Part shown: positions 22,601 through 35,613 of the stretch, piece by piece
Position numbering within the stretch: position 1 is the first letter of the stretch
Layout of the letters: the number at the start of each line of letters is the position of its first letter
DNA from: Craspedostauros australis
Lineage: Eukaryota
Length of the DNA stretch: 53,092 nt
Assembly (NCBI GenBank): GCA_030167865.1
Contig: JALAGF010000198.1
Span: forward strand, 1 to 53,092
Reading direction: 5' to 3'
The notes under the pieces: model-generated
Seen by the model: only the letters and a program-made list of their open reading frames with translations
Database searches by the model: none
What the model was told of the DNA's origin: nothing
Made by a program: the position numbers and the translations under genes

Positions 22601-25600
22601 TGATGGATGTCCACGGCAATGCCATTGCAACGTACGACAACTCCGACGTACGGTCCTTCGCCAGAGCATGGACAGGATTCCAACGTCAGCAAGATCGTGG
22701 GAACTACGAGAATCGTTTTTCACGGGTGGATCCAATGCAAATCAGCGGGTAAGTCATGACTCTTTGAGGTCGCACGGACTGATCATGCGCGACACGTTGC
22801 CAACTCGAAATCCATGTACTCTATCCTCATCCTTATTGTGTTCTTCGCTTGCCTCTATGAACACACATGCACTCCACACATGAACACATGCACTCCACAC
22901 ATGAACACGTGTACTCCACACATGAACACGTGTACTCCATCTTCATTTGGATGTTTGCACCCCCACACGAGAGCAGGCGACGGCGCGATCCGTTCCCAAA
23001 ATCTGACTTGCATGGTGGATACATCGGTGACCGATACCCACTGTGTGCGGACATGCCGGACAAGCATTTCGTCAAGAAGGGTGCCACGTATCGCTTGCTT
23101 GGTTCGCGATCCCTCCCGGAGTTGCAAGAAGACAAGGCGGATTGGGAGAAGGATCCAGAAGTGCTTCGGCTGGTGTTGCAAATCGCATCTCCCTTGCGCG
23201 AAGCTCTGTGCTCATCTGCAGCGAACGATGGCGAATGCAGTTTTCCAGGCAAGGTTGTGCTCGATGCATCGCTGGACTATTCCAACCTCCACACCGGAGA
23301 CCATCCAGAAATGATGGTGGACACGATCCGAACTGTGCAGGTCCAATCATCACCGGTTCCGATCTACTATGAGTATGTCCAACCGGCGTGCGTCCACCAA
23401 GCCTTCTTTCCGAATGCGCGGCGTGTGATGGACTATGCCAACGATGACGGAGTCATCCGCAGCAACATGTGTGCTGACCCACGTACCGCGGTCGCAGTGG
23501 AAAGCTGCTGTGACGATCTGTGGTGGAACGACGGCGGATTCCCTTGGGGATACAAGAACTGCGCATACCAAGGTGAACGACTCTCATACGATTCGGCGGA
23601 GTCAAGGTGCCACAGCATCGGCAAGATCGCCTGCGACTACGCCCAGATGCGTCCCTGGAAGGTTGGCATTTGCGCCAAGGATGTCTGGTCCACCATCGAA
23701 CGGCTGCCGATCTACTACCACTGGACCACTGCATCATGCTCCATCCAAGTCAAGGTGAATAGCTATGGGGAGATCGCTATCGTCCACAACCCACCTGATG
23801 ACTTCGCAGGACGCCGCGAAGTCCCGTCAAGCGTTTCCAATCGGTCTGAGAACTATTTCAAAACGAGCTGGACCAATGGCAGGCATCCCAATCCATCGAA
23901 CGGCTGCGCCGCGGATGGCGCGGCGTGCATGGCATTCGACAATGCCTGCATTTGCGACACTGCCCTGATGGAAGAGCCCGTCTTTCACTCTGCGTCATCT
24001 CCAAGCGCCACCTACAACAGCATCCTCTCGCGTCTACACATTGGCGCCTTCGATCCATTTCTCGCAGCAAGTAGCGGCGAAGCGTACACCGACAGAGGCG
24101 ACTGCAACGGCAGCATCCCAAACGCAAAGGTCTTGACCAAGGATGGGGATTGCAATTCCTTGGACAAGAACACAGTGTTCATGGTGAAGGATGAAAATGG
24201 AGTGACGCGGTACTTGAAAAACATGCATTCGACCGTTCGTATCACTGGCAGCAACGGCGGCACAGCGGAGTATTCTTTCCGTAATCCTGTCCATTTCATT
24301 AGTCTCGTCGATCCTGAAGTCCGCGATGCGTACTACGAAACCGACGCCGTGCTGGACGAGTACTTCTTTCATCCGAATCATCCACCGTTCTTGGCAAGTC
24401 GAATGATCCAGCGGTTTGGCATTTCGAATCCATCACCACGGTACATCCACGCAGTGGCACAGGCGTACACATCCGGATCGTACAATGGGATTGGGACGGG
24501 CACATACGGCAATGTGGGTGCTTTGGTGGCTGCGATCCTTCTGGACCGAGAGGCTCGTTGCACTGTCCTCGATTCTGATCCCGGGCACGGCCAGCTGCGG
24601 GAACCCATCTTGAAGCTCATTGCTTTTCTTCGGAGCATGGAGTACCACCATGACAGTCCCATGCTGTGGCCGCTGTTGTCGGACCTGACGGAATCGATTG
24701 GGCAATGCGCCTACGAAGCGCAGAGCATCTTCTCGTTCTTCCTTCCCGAATTCGCGCCGGCTGGCTCAATGTCCCAGTCCTCGTTGCATTCGCCGGAAGC
24801 GCAAGTGTTGTCGCCGTATACTGCCATTGGGTTCCTGGATGGGGTGTTCACAACAGTCAAGCATGGTGAGTTTTCGCAACTTGAAATCGGACATGTATCA
24901 TGTTTGTTTGCATTTGCTTTGCATTCGTTTGCATTTGCTTGCATTTGTTTGCATGCGCCTGCTCTTGATCAAGCTACCGGAGTTGCTACGTTCTCGTACG
25001 AGCACTCGCATGGTTGCCAATTGCTGTTACTGTTACCGCTGCGATTATTGAAGACATCATTCTTGTATTCGCACGATTTGTATTTGTATTTACGTGCTCA
25101 CCTCTTTGCATCCGTGAGTGTGGACGTATTCACTGTTCCGTGTCGTTCTCCTACCTATGACGACACACAAACCAAAACCAAACTCAGGTATCGTGCCCAT
25201 GGATTGCCGCAGAGGGCTTGGCAAATTCAAGCCGAGGGGTCTGCGACAGTGCGTCTTGTCCACCTCGTTCGATGACACTTCCCGATCGTTCGGTGTTTTG
25301 CAGTATCGTGCGGACCCATTGAGTAGCGAGCACTTGGTGGACGAATTGGCGTTGCTGTTGACATCGTCTCGACTGCGCCAGATCAACCGAGACATGATTT
25401 TACAAGCGATCGAACCATTCATGTCGACCGATACGCCAAAGGCTACCCGACTTGCCCAGCAGCTCATGGCCGCCACGCCTGAATTCCATGCGACGAACCT
25501 CGTCCGCTCCAACGGCGAATCTGAAGCGTTACCGGACCCAGGCAGCGCGCTTGCGAGAAATCATCCATACAAAGCAGTGGTGTATTTGATGCTCGAGGGT

Positions 25601-27163
25601 GGCATGGACTCCTTCAACCTACTGGTTCCAAAGGAGGACTGCAATTCCAAGGACTTGTACGACGAATACAAGACAGTGCGCGGCAAGGTTGCGCTGAAGA
25701 AAAGCGAGCTGCTCAGCATCGATGCGGCTGGATCGAATCAGCCTTGCGATACGTTCGGAGTCAACGAGGCGATCCCCATTCTCAGGGATCTCTACGATGA
25801 CAAGGACGCAACCTTCTTTGCCAACACGGGTGTCCTCGGCAAGCCGGTTTCGAAATTGGACTGGGATGTAGGCACCAAATCTCAGCTCTTCTCCCACAAC
25901 AGTCAGCAAGATGAAGTGTACAGCATCGACGTGACCAACGAATTCATGAATACGGGAGTGGGTGGGCGCATCCTCGATGTGCTTCGCCAGCGCGGGTTTG
26001 TCGCATCGGCAGCGTCCGTGGGCACGAGCACCACGATGCTGTCTGCCCCGTACCATCCCGACAACGTCGTCCGAGAAATCCCACAGGATGAGCCAATCGA
26101 ACTGAATGGGCGACCGGAGGTAGAAGGGATGAATTCCTTGCTCCTCGAGATGAATACATTGTCGCAACCGGACAGCAGCGTATTCGGAGATCTGTGGTCA
26201 TCAGCCGTCTCCGACGCGGTCAGCAACAATGACGAGGAACTTCACATCTACAAGACGTTCACTGTCGGCAAGTTTCCATCGGGGGGTCTGGGCGAGAATT
26301 TCCGCTCGGTCGCTCAATGGATCAAGTCCAGGGATCACAGAGCTGTCGAACGGGAGGTCATCTTCGTTCGTCACAGCGGGTACGACCACCACGCGGTGAC
26401 CAGCAGCAGCAACCTCAAGAAGCAGCTGAAGGAAGTCAACAAGGCGCTGTCAGCGTTCGTCGCAGAGATGAAGGAGCAAGATATCTGGGACAGCATCGCT
26501 GTTGTGTCCGGATCCGAATTTGGTCGGACGTTGAGCCCAAACTCTGGTGATGGAACTGATCACGGGTGGGGAGGCCATGGCTTTCTGCTCGGTGGAGGCT
26601 TGAAGGGGGGCACCATCCTGGGAGAGTACCCCTCGGACCTCACGCAGGCCGGACCTAGCATCATTGATCGGGGCCGCGTCATCCCAAGCCTACCATTGGA
26701 AGCAGAGTGGCAGGCAATCGCACAATGGATGGGAGTCACGCACCAGAGTGACTTGGACACCGTGCTCCCCAACCGCGACAGCTTCGATCATTGCTCCTTG
26801 TTCTCTGACATGGATCTATTCCTGGACGGCAAAGTCCATCACTCGGCGTGCTCTGGTATCAACGACGACATGTCCATGGATACGCACAATACGACGTGTC
26901 GTGATCGGACCATTGCGATGCATCCAGCCACGATCGAGGAGATCAAAGTTGATGTCAGCGAGGCAAGCAGCAATGGCAGCGACACAGACAATGCCAACAT
27001 CGCCGTGTACAGTGACGGACGTGGGCCACAGTGCGAATGCCCATCGTCGAGCGCGGCATCAGCATCCAATGCGGGATTCTATTGGCGCTTTGTTCAACTC
27101 GCGATGCATGCATTCCTCTCTTCGCTTTTGTGCGCTGCCATCGTCTCTCCCTTGACGGGCTGA
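19665..27163 (+). CDS. Large secreted DUF1800 + DUF1501 fusion protein (~2236 aa), 4 exons (19665-21227, 21466-22748, 22977-24865, 25188-27163)
   Basis: Signal peptide MRAFHMMVLLAALLVMALLHPTAEA. DUF1800 motifs ARFLEQASFG, DQLRQRVAFALSQILVV, NAFGNYRDIL, PDENFAREIMQLFSIGL, SNPSPRYI, GQLREP. DUF1501 motifs LEGGMDSFNLLVP, LFSHNSQ, SEFGRTL, GTDHGWGG. Three GT-AG introns all join in frame (phases 0, 2, 1). Confidence 0.88.
22857..22939. repeat. 21-bp intronic minisatellite ATGAACAC(A/G)TG(C/T)ACTCCACAC x~4
   Basis: Seen directly inside intron 2 (22749-22976) of the DUF1800/DUF1501 gene. Confidence 0.92.
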
Positions 27164-28948
27164 TCGAGATAGCAGGGCATGGCCATTGTATGGCATGGTA
27201 TAGCTTCGACTGGGTTGGGCTACGTGGAGTCCAAGAAGGTCCTTCTTTCTTCCAACGCAACACAGCACAACAAAGCGCAACACTCGTAGTAACTGTACCA
27301 TTAGCCCTGATCGAAGTACTCTGCTTGCAAGTAGCGTGCCTTCGATCTTCCGGTACGGCTGCGTATCCAGAGCTTCGCTCCGAGCTTGGGCAATGTTTCG
27401 CACGCATCGCACAGCGTGGCCTCCGCGGAGTGCCCATTTTGTGAGCACTTTGGGCCTATCTCTCTCTGTTCTTTTGTTTCGTTAGTTGATGTCGAGTCTG
27501 CATACTGTCACATCAACCACGTTTTGTGTTCGATAGGCCAAACGATGACGTCATCCGATGTGTTCGAGGTCGAAGGAGGATGACCCAATCGACTACTATA
27601 GTGACGTCATCGTGTTCTTCGTGTCAATGTGGTTTGTTCCGAGAAATTCTTGCTGTTCTGTTCGGTCTGTGTTTGGGTGAGTGACCACAAGATCGTCACG
27701 AACGAGTGCCGATGCGTTCCACTCCTCACACTCCCTCAAGAAGAGGAACAGGGAGAGACCATTGAGATGGCGGCCAGGGAGAGAGAGAGAGAGAGGAACT
27801 GCATGCAGCGAATGGAGGTGCCTTATTCGGTGCCTTAATCAGAGGCGATTGTGATGTCCACGGAGTTCCGCGTCTCTGTTCGACGTCAGTGCCATGGCAT
27901 CAGAAACCAACTCGCTCGAGAGCAAAGCACTCAATCGTATCTTCAATCTGAGGAACGGATCGATCGCTGGCAGTTGCTTCACTTATGCTGTATTACATCA
28001 CGCCTATGGGGACAAGGCAGTGACGAGTACAAAAGAGACCGATCAGACTACGGTGCAACGATAGCGAGTTATAACGCAGCTGCGGAACCTCCAGTCCCAA
28101 CAGACCAGTCAACATGCCTTCGTCGGAAGATCAATGATAGCCTACTGGACAAAGAAAGGGGCAGAAACGAGAGTGACGAAAGTGATGTGTGGTCACAAAG
28201 TGCTGTGTCTTCATCTCTCGGAATGTCGCTTGAACTGATCTTGGACCTATTGTGGGTCACTTTCGTTCTCCAAGCAGAGCAGCAATGTTGAAGCGAGTCT
28301 TGGTCTTGGAGTACGAACACGGTGATTGCAACGGCGGCGTACTAATACGAGCAGAAAGGAAGCTATGGTGTGCAAGCAAAGCGTACTCCCGCAACGATTG
28401 GCATGATACCAATGCCGCACCATACATACTCGTGCCCGCGAGTGCCCGTAAATTGATGATGGATGGAAATTTGGGTGTTGTTGATGTTGTTGGCATCGTT
28501 GAGTCATCGCATCAATGTCCCGCCAGTCCTCACCCAACACGCCTCAGAGGAATGATGGGGGGTTACGACCTGCGTTTAGCGCCAGGGAAGCAACACTTTG
28601 GGACCTTCTCAGTGCGTGCCGCTTCTTGTGGGGAGAAGCAGGGGCAACAAGGCTTCGAGAAGTCTGCGATCAGGTCAGGACCCCCACATCTTCCATCACA
28701 AAAATTGAGGCTCTTGTGCGAACGGGGTTCCGCAACACAGCAACAGCACCAAGACATCACGGTCAGAATCTCCGACGCACCTTCACCATCCGCTTTCAAC
28801 AGCATCAGCATCAGCATCACCACCATCGTCGGCATCCAAACCTCATTCATCGCCGTCGTCACAATCGAAGCGACAGCAATAAAGCACTTCGTCACAGCCC
28901 ACTGCGCAACCAGCAGCACAACCAGCAGCACAACCAGCAGCAACCAAG

Positions 28949-31900
28949 ATGTCGCATGAAACCCTCTCAACGAGCAGCTCCTGCGAGGATGATCACTCTG
29001 GGGGAGGGGATGACCATTCCAAGGGAGGATCGACGTTCGATGTGGCATCGATGGGAACGAATCCATATCAACCATCAAAGGATGGAGGTGACGACGATGA
29101 CCTTGATCTGCACTCCACGATCGGAAGGAAGGAGGCCAATCGTGTGCGATGGTCCAAGATCCTCGTCTTCTGCGTCCTTTCCATCGCCACGGGGATCATG
29201 GCATACTTCACCAACGAGGTGATGTCTCGCGATGAGGAAAAGGCATTCGAGACCGAGGTGAGTTTCGTCCTGCGTGGGTCTTGGCTGGTCATCGCAGATG
29301 GATGATTTGGTTTCGTTGTGTCTCTGTATCTGCATCTTCATCTTCATCTGCATTTACATCTGCGTTTACATTTGTCGTTGCGGAAAGCTCTCAAAGCACC
29401 ATGACCTGATCTTCTGTGTCTAACACTTCATCCAACTCTAACTTATGTACGGCATGCGCATGGTGTACCATAGTTTTCCAACTTCGGCATGGAGATATTC
29501 GAAGCGTCGGTGATCACTGCACAGAACATCTTCGCGACCATCGAATCCATGAGCCACGGGATTACTTCCTTCACCCTCGCTACCAACGCAACTTGGCCAT
29601 TCGTCACAATACCTCACTACAGCTTCCGCGGGTTCCACCTGCTGGAACTGTCCGGTTCCAAGTACCTGGGGTTCTGTCCATTCGTACCCGTCGACGATCG
29701 ACAGGAGTGGGAAGAGTACTCCACGAACAACGCGGGTTGGATCAACGATCCGATCCCCGATAGCCTGTTCAACCCATCCTTCAAACCGGAGGTCACCATC
29801 ACCAAGGGACCAGTTGAGGGTGACGATAGCACAGCCAGCAATGAGACCGACACGCAGTCTGGACATTGGGGTGGCAATTCAACTCTCACCAGCACAAGCA
29901 TCCCGCCATTCATTCACCGGGTACCTGATGGCTCATCTTTGGTTGAATCAATGAGACTGCCCCCGGTCAAGGAGGATCAAGATTACGACGGCGATCACTA
30001 CGTCGTGGGATGGCAGACGACGCCGCCAACCGTGCCCATGATCAACCTCAACTTCTTGAGCATTGGCGATGACTTCACGAGAGTCTACGATCAACTGCGC
30101 AGGTCGCGTTCCCCAGTGCTTTCGGAAATGATCATCTATTCCAACGCACCGATCCCATACCCATCCGCATGGCCCAGCAGCTACCTCCTCCAGCCAATCT
30201 TCCCATCCTTCGATCAGAATGCGTCGATGGTAGGCATGTTTCTTGCCAGCGTCCCGTGGCACAAGTACTTCGAAAAGATCGTGCCGGCTGGAGCTGGGGC
30301 CATCGATCTGGTCATCAAGAGCACATGCGATCAAACCATCAGCTACCGCATAACTGGGCCAGACGTGGTGCACTCCGGGAATGGTGATCATCACGACAGT
30401 CAGTTTGACCACCTCGAGTTAATGACCCAATTTTCCGTCGTGCAAAAGGCAAGCGCGGCTGGGGTGTGTCACTACATGATACACCTGTACCCCACGAAAG
30501 ACTTTGAATCGGATTTCATCACGAGCACGCCATTGGCGTACACGGTTGGCGTCGTGCTCGTCTTTATGCTGACGTCTGCAGTCTTTCTCCTCTACGACTG
30601 CTTCGTGGAACAACGGCAGAAGAAGGTGATGCACTCAGCTGCCCGGACGAATGCGCTGCTCACATCTCTCTTCCCTGCCCAGTTCCGTGATCGCCTGATC
30701 GAAGACCATGATGCCGCATTGCAGGATGCGAGGGAAATCGACATGGAGGGCATGGAACCATCTGCGAGCATGTCCACACCGGCTCACGGTACAGGTCTCC
30801 TCGCACGAAGTCGGGCCGCCTTCCGTGGCAAGCCCAGAGGACGAGGAGGACTACTGCCGACCCTTGGTGCTACAACGTCATCTTCGAGAAACCTCAAGAA
30901 GCTAAACAGCTTCGCCGACTACGAGGCCGAAAAGGCGCGGCTGCTTCTATCGGAGCCCATCGCAGATCTGTTCCCCTCCGTCACGGTCCTGTTCGCGGAC
31001 ATCGCCGGCTTCACAGCATGGGCCAGCGTGAGGGAGCCATCCCAAGTCTTCACTCTCCTTGAGCAGATCTACAGCACGTTCGACGCCATCGCGAAGCGAA
31101 GAGGCATCTTCAAGGTCGAAACGATTGGAGATTGCTACGTCGCTGCATGCGGCCTTCCGAATCCTCGTGACGATCATGCCGTGGCCATGCTGCGGTTTGC
31201 GCGAGAGTGCCTGCATCAAATGACCCACTGCGCACAGTCGTTGGAAGTCCTTCTGGGGCCTGACACCGGCGACCTGACCATGAGGTTCGGTATCCATTCT
31301 GGTCCTGTCACTGCTGGCGTGCTACGCGGCGAGAAGACTCGCTTCCAGCTGTTCGGCGACACCGTCAACATGGCTGCAAGGATGGAGAGCACCGGCCTTG
31401 AAAATCGTATCCATCTGTCAGCCTCCACAGTCAAGCTACTCGCGGCCGCCGACAAGTCGCACTGGGCAGTCGCAAGAGACGACCTCGTCGAAATCAAGGG
31501 CAAGGGCAAGGTCCAGACGTACTGGGCATCCGGTCGTAGCCATGGACGTGGTCGTCGCGGTTCCCACGGCTCCGTTGAGTTGGCAATGTCCGCCATAAAT
31601 GTGGCAGATGCCGCCATTTCAGTCGACTCCAAGCATCCATTGAGCCAACAAACATCAACGCGATTCAAAGGCACCTCGCAAAGAAACTCAGGGTGCGCGG
31701 TGGCAACTACGACCTCCATTTCCATGGCTGGAACTATAACCACGCAGGCGAGGTCCATGTCGACGCTATCAACGATCACGGGAGCACCACCGCCGCCGCC
31801 TCTACTATCTACACCTTCATCTACATCACCGGTAATTCAACATAGGACCGTGGACAGCAAGCGCGCTCAGCAAGAGAAGAAGATGAAGCGCCTCGTGGAG

Positions 31901-33313
31901 TGGAATGCAGATGTACTGCAAGGCCTGCTGCAAAAGGTGGTCGCGATGCGAGATCCGCGCCCCACTTCAGCGAAAAGAAGCAGGCCGAACATGGCCAGCA
32001 ATGAATTCAGCCTATCAAGTTTCTCTGCCATCACACCTGAAGAAGGCAAGTTCAACCAGACCGTGTTAGATGAAGTGAAAGAAATCATCGAGCTTCCGGA
32101 CAGGGCCTCCAAGTACAAGTGCGACCCAGCGACTGTGAAGTTGGATCCCGCCGTCATATCCGAGCTGCGCGAATATGTCACCGCCATCTCGCAGATGTAC
32201 CGACACAACTCCTTCCATTGCTTCGAGCATGCCTCTCACGTCGTCCAATCTGTGACGAAGCTGCTGTCGCGTGTCGTGACGCCCGACAAACGAATCGACC
32301 GTGTCAACAGCGGCAAGGACAACGCCACCAGTAACAACGGCGAGAGCGAGGAATGGACGTACCAGCAGCAGGATATGAACAAAGGCAACAACAGAAACTC
32401 GGGCAGAACCAAGCAGCTGCACGAGTACACGTATGGGATTACATCGGATCCATTGACTCAGTTCGCTTGTGTGTTTTCCGCTTTGATCCACGATGTGGAT
32501 CACTGCGGCGTTCCAAACACGGTGCTCGTCAAGGAATGCATGGACGTAGCCCTCCACTACAAGAACAAGAGCGTCGCCGAACAAAACTCTGTCGATCTCG
32601 CATGGGAGCTCCTGGGCCACGACAACTTTGCGAACCTCCGACGATGCATCTGCGCGACGCAGTCCGAGCTCGAACGGTTCCGACAGCTCGTCGTGAACTC
32701 CGTCATGGCTACTGATATTGCCGACAAGGATCTCGGAGCCTTGCGCAAGGCACGATGGGAACGGGCCTTCGCAGAGCAAGATGACGGGGAGAGCGACTGC
32801 AACCGCCCGAAAAGCTTGGCGGATTCATCCGATGGGGTCAGCATTTCAGACGCCGCGCATAGCAGTGGCCCGAACGCCAAGCAGCAGTGCAGCAAGCACG
32901 AACGCCGATTGAGCCGTTTGATGGCACAGAACCGCAAGGCCACCATCGTCATCGAGCATCTCATCCAGGCGTCGGATGTGTCGCACACGATGCAGCACTG
33001 GCACGTGTACCTGAAGTGGAACGAACGGCTGTTCCATGAGATGTACGCAGCCTACCTGGCGGGCAGATTTGGAGAAGATGGTGCCAATCCGGCAGAGGGG
33101 TGGTACGCCGGCGAGCTGTCATTCTTCGACTTCTACCTCATCCCACTGGCCAAGAAGCTGTCCACCTGTGGAGTCTTCGGGGTTGCTTCGGACGAGTACC
33201 TGAACTACGCCACGGCCAATCGTCAGGAATGGGAGCGCAAGGGGAAGGATGTGGTACAGAGGTACATGTCGAAGTATCAGATGCAACAAGGATCTCAGCC
33301 AAGCAAGAAGTGA
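28949..33313 (+). CDS. Receptor-type class III (guanylate-like) cyclase fused to a class I cyclic-nucleotide phosphodiesterase, copy 1 (1382 aa; exons 28949-29257, 29474-33313)
   Basis: TM1 ILVFCVLSIATGIMAYFT, CHASE-like TWPFVT...WEEYS region, TM2, cyclase VLFADIAGFT/KVETIGDCY/GIHSGPV/LFGDTVNMAARMES, PDE FHCFEHASHV/IHDVDHCGVPN/MATDI/ASDVSH. Phase-0 intron GTGAGT...CATAG. Confidence 0.93.
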
Positions 33314-33339
33314 GTGAGTGAGTGAGTGAGTGGGTGGGT
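33311..33339 (+). repeat. (TGAG)n/(TGGG)n microsatellite starting at the stop codon of cyclase copy 1
   Basis: TGAGTGAGTGAGTGAGTGAGTGGGTGGGT. A shorter version follows the stop of copy 2 (40162). Confidence 0.85.
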
Positions 33340-35613
33340 AGCCATGGGAGCAAGAGCAGAAGCGGAGAGATTGTTTGGGAGGACGTCCTGTTACAATAAA
33401 TGAGTAGATTGAACAGTTACATCACGATTGCCTCCTATACTCGCTGTGTGGGTATGGTGACGGCGCCGTGGTGGAGGCCTCAGGATCGACAAGTTGAATG
33501 CACCATCGTTCCTCCGCAGCCTGGATGAACAACGCATGATCGGTTTCGCCAATGCGGTCATGCGCGAGATGCCCGTTTCGAAAACTGATTCACGGTCACT
33601 TTTTGATGCAGTGTTCTGACCGTTTAGCTTAACAGTCACGAGCGCAGTTTCTCTTTTGTTGCAATGCCAACGTCCCAACATCAAAACCAAATACTATGAG
33701 CATCTTCGTTTCTTTCACAACAGATCCACGATGACACAAGGGGAAGCCGTGATGCAGCCCAACAAGCTTACTCTCAACGATCCTCGGTCATGGACCTGCT
33801 CCAAGCGCACCCAAACGAGGTCAGCCTGCGCAAGCAAGAAGAAAAGTGAAACGGAATCAACGTCATCAAAGTCATGAGCAGCAACACCAGCATGCAGTTG
33901 AACAGTGCTCTATGTGACATTACTGACGACTGCCTACAAATAGAGCCTTGTCCCCATCACGTCTTCAAGCCATGAAATCTCGTCGATGCTGTTGCACGCA
34001 TGCACAAGTGCGAGTATTGCGGCGCTCTGCTCTGGCGATATTATCGTGTCCTGATACAGGAGCTATTCGGACTTGTGCGGATAGTGATGTCCCCACAAGG
34101 CTTGATCTCCCACGGCAAGACATCACGAAACTTCCTTCCAGCGCTGGACGTGCACGATACGGGTGCGAACTATGAGCACGAACTGTGAGTACTGAGCGAA
34201 CAGCACAAACCACCACAAAACGCGAGTTGCACACATGAAACAGTGAAGTGACACAAACCATAGTGCTGAATCGCTCGCGCTATCATGACGCCGGTTTTGC
34301 ACAGTCGTATTATTTTGGCCCGGAGACATACGAGTATTAATGCAAACCGCATAGCTCGCTTGGCGCGGTAGGCATGGGCTGTGTCAGCCTCTGGATGGCG
34401 CCAGAATGTATCATTGATCTCCGAAACGGCTGCAGTGTTGGCGCGGATCTTGTGGTTATCGCGGGAGAAGCGAGGAGGAACAGTCTCTGCCCGGTACTCT
34501 GTATCCTGCTTCCCCCTTGGCAAGGAGTCAGATTCGGCAACTAAGTGTGGGCTGGATGGCCCAGATTCTCTTGTGTGACATCATCCGCCCAAATGGCGCT
34601 TGTGGTTCATTCCTTCACAACTTGGCAGACTTCTGCAACAAGGAGATGCTGCACGGATTCGCTTTCGCCCATTCTTCGTCTGCGTGGTCATGGTCATCTT
34701 CTGCTGAGAGAGGAATCTGGATTTCCCAGTGAGACACAAGCCCCTCCAATGGAGTCTCTGACTCTGGCGGGAGCCTCATCATCAAGGTGTACATACTAAT
34801 ATGTATTCTACGAGCTCTGCACTTGCACGAGCGTCCGCAGCAAGGAAAGACAAACACGCAACACGAACGAAATCAACAAGATGGAAGACAACGCGGCGAG
34901 TGCCAACATAACTGCATTGCAGGACCAACTATTACCCTGAACGCTTTCTCGCTCGAACTGCGGCATGTCGTGGGTTGGACAAGACACGCAAGCAAAAGGG
35001 ATGATGCCTGATTGAACTCAAAGAGTGACAAACGCGGGGGCCAGAATGTCTCCCAGTTGCGATAGCTGGTTTCTGCCGAAGTTCTCTTTCATGATACAGC
35101 ATTCCGTAAGAGAGGAAGAACGCACAACCAGGAAGATGACAATGTCTGGAGCCACCCACACGATCACAGGAAATAAGCTGCGCGAACAGAGAGGCAACGG
35201 AGCCTTTCCCACCTAACAAACCGCGCTCCATGTACAATTATCAGCATAAGTGGGTTGGCACGAATAGCTTTTGTCCAGTGAGTAGTATTGGCGGAGGGTC
35301 CACCCACATAGCATCATACCCAACTTTGTCTCCCAAAATGTGGGCGACGACCTACTCGTACTTGTGGGTAGATACGCGCGTGGTGCCAACATCCCTTGCA
35401 CAATGCGAAGTACACACAAACACAAAGAGACCTGGGCACGAATAGTGGGGTGCAACGACCATCTCGACGACGCCACGCAACGTCTGCTAGCTTGTGCTCT
35501 GCACGCATTACTTCAGTCATAGTCATACTCGAACGAGGAAAGGACATTGAGCAACAATTGCCACAATATCGCAAGCAAGAGATAACATTGCCGACAACAT
35601 CAGCGATACAACA

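Noticed and set aside
22857-22939. 21-bp array as a CRISPR or a His-rich coding repeat (MHSTHEH)
   Set aside because: No spacers and no cas genes; it lies inside a phase-consistent intron.
24866-25275. Hydrophobic C-terminal tail of ORF 22867-25275 as a membrane anchor
   Set aside because: It is read-through into intron 3 (TTTGCA-rich); splicing restores the continuous protein.
27851-28959. ORFs of 146-235 aa upstream of cyclase copy 1
   Set aside because: No recognisable content; partly low-complexity 5' flank.
33400-35600. Spacer between the cyclase genes as a gene or transposon
   Set aside because: Only short ORFs, no terminal repeats seen, and no clear match to the flank of copy 1.
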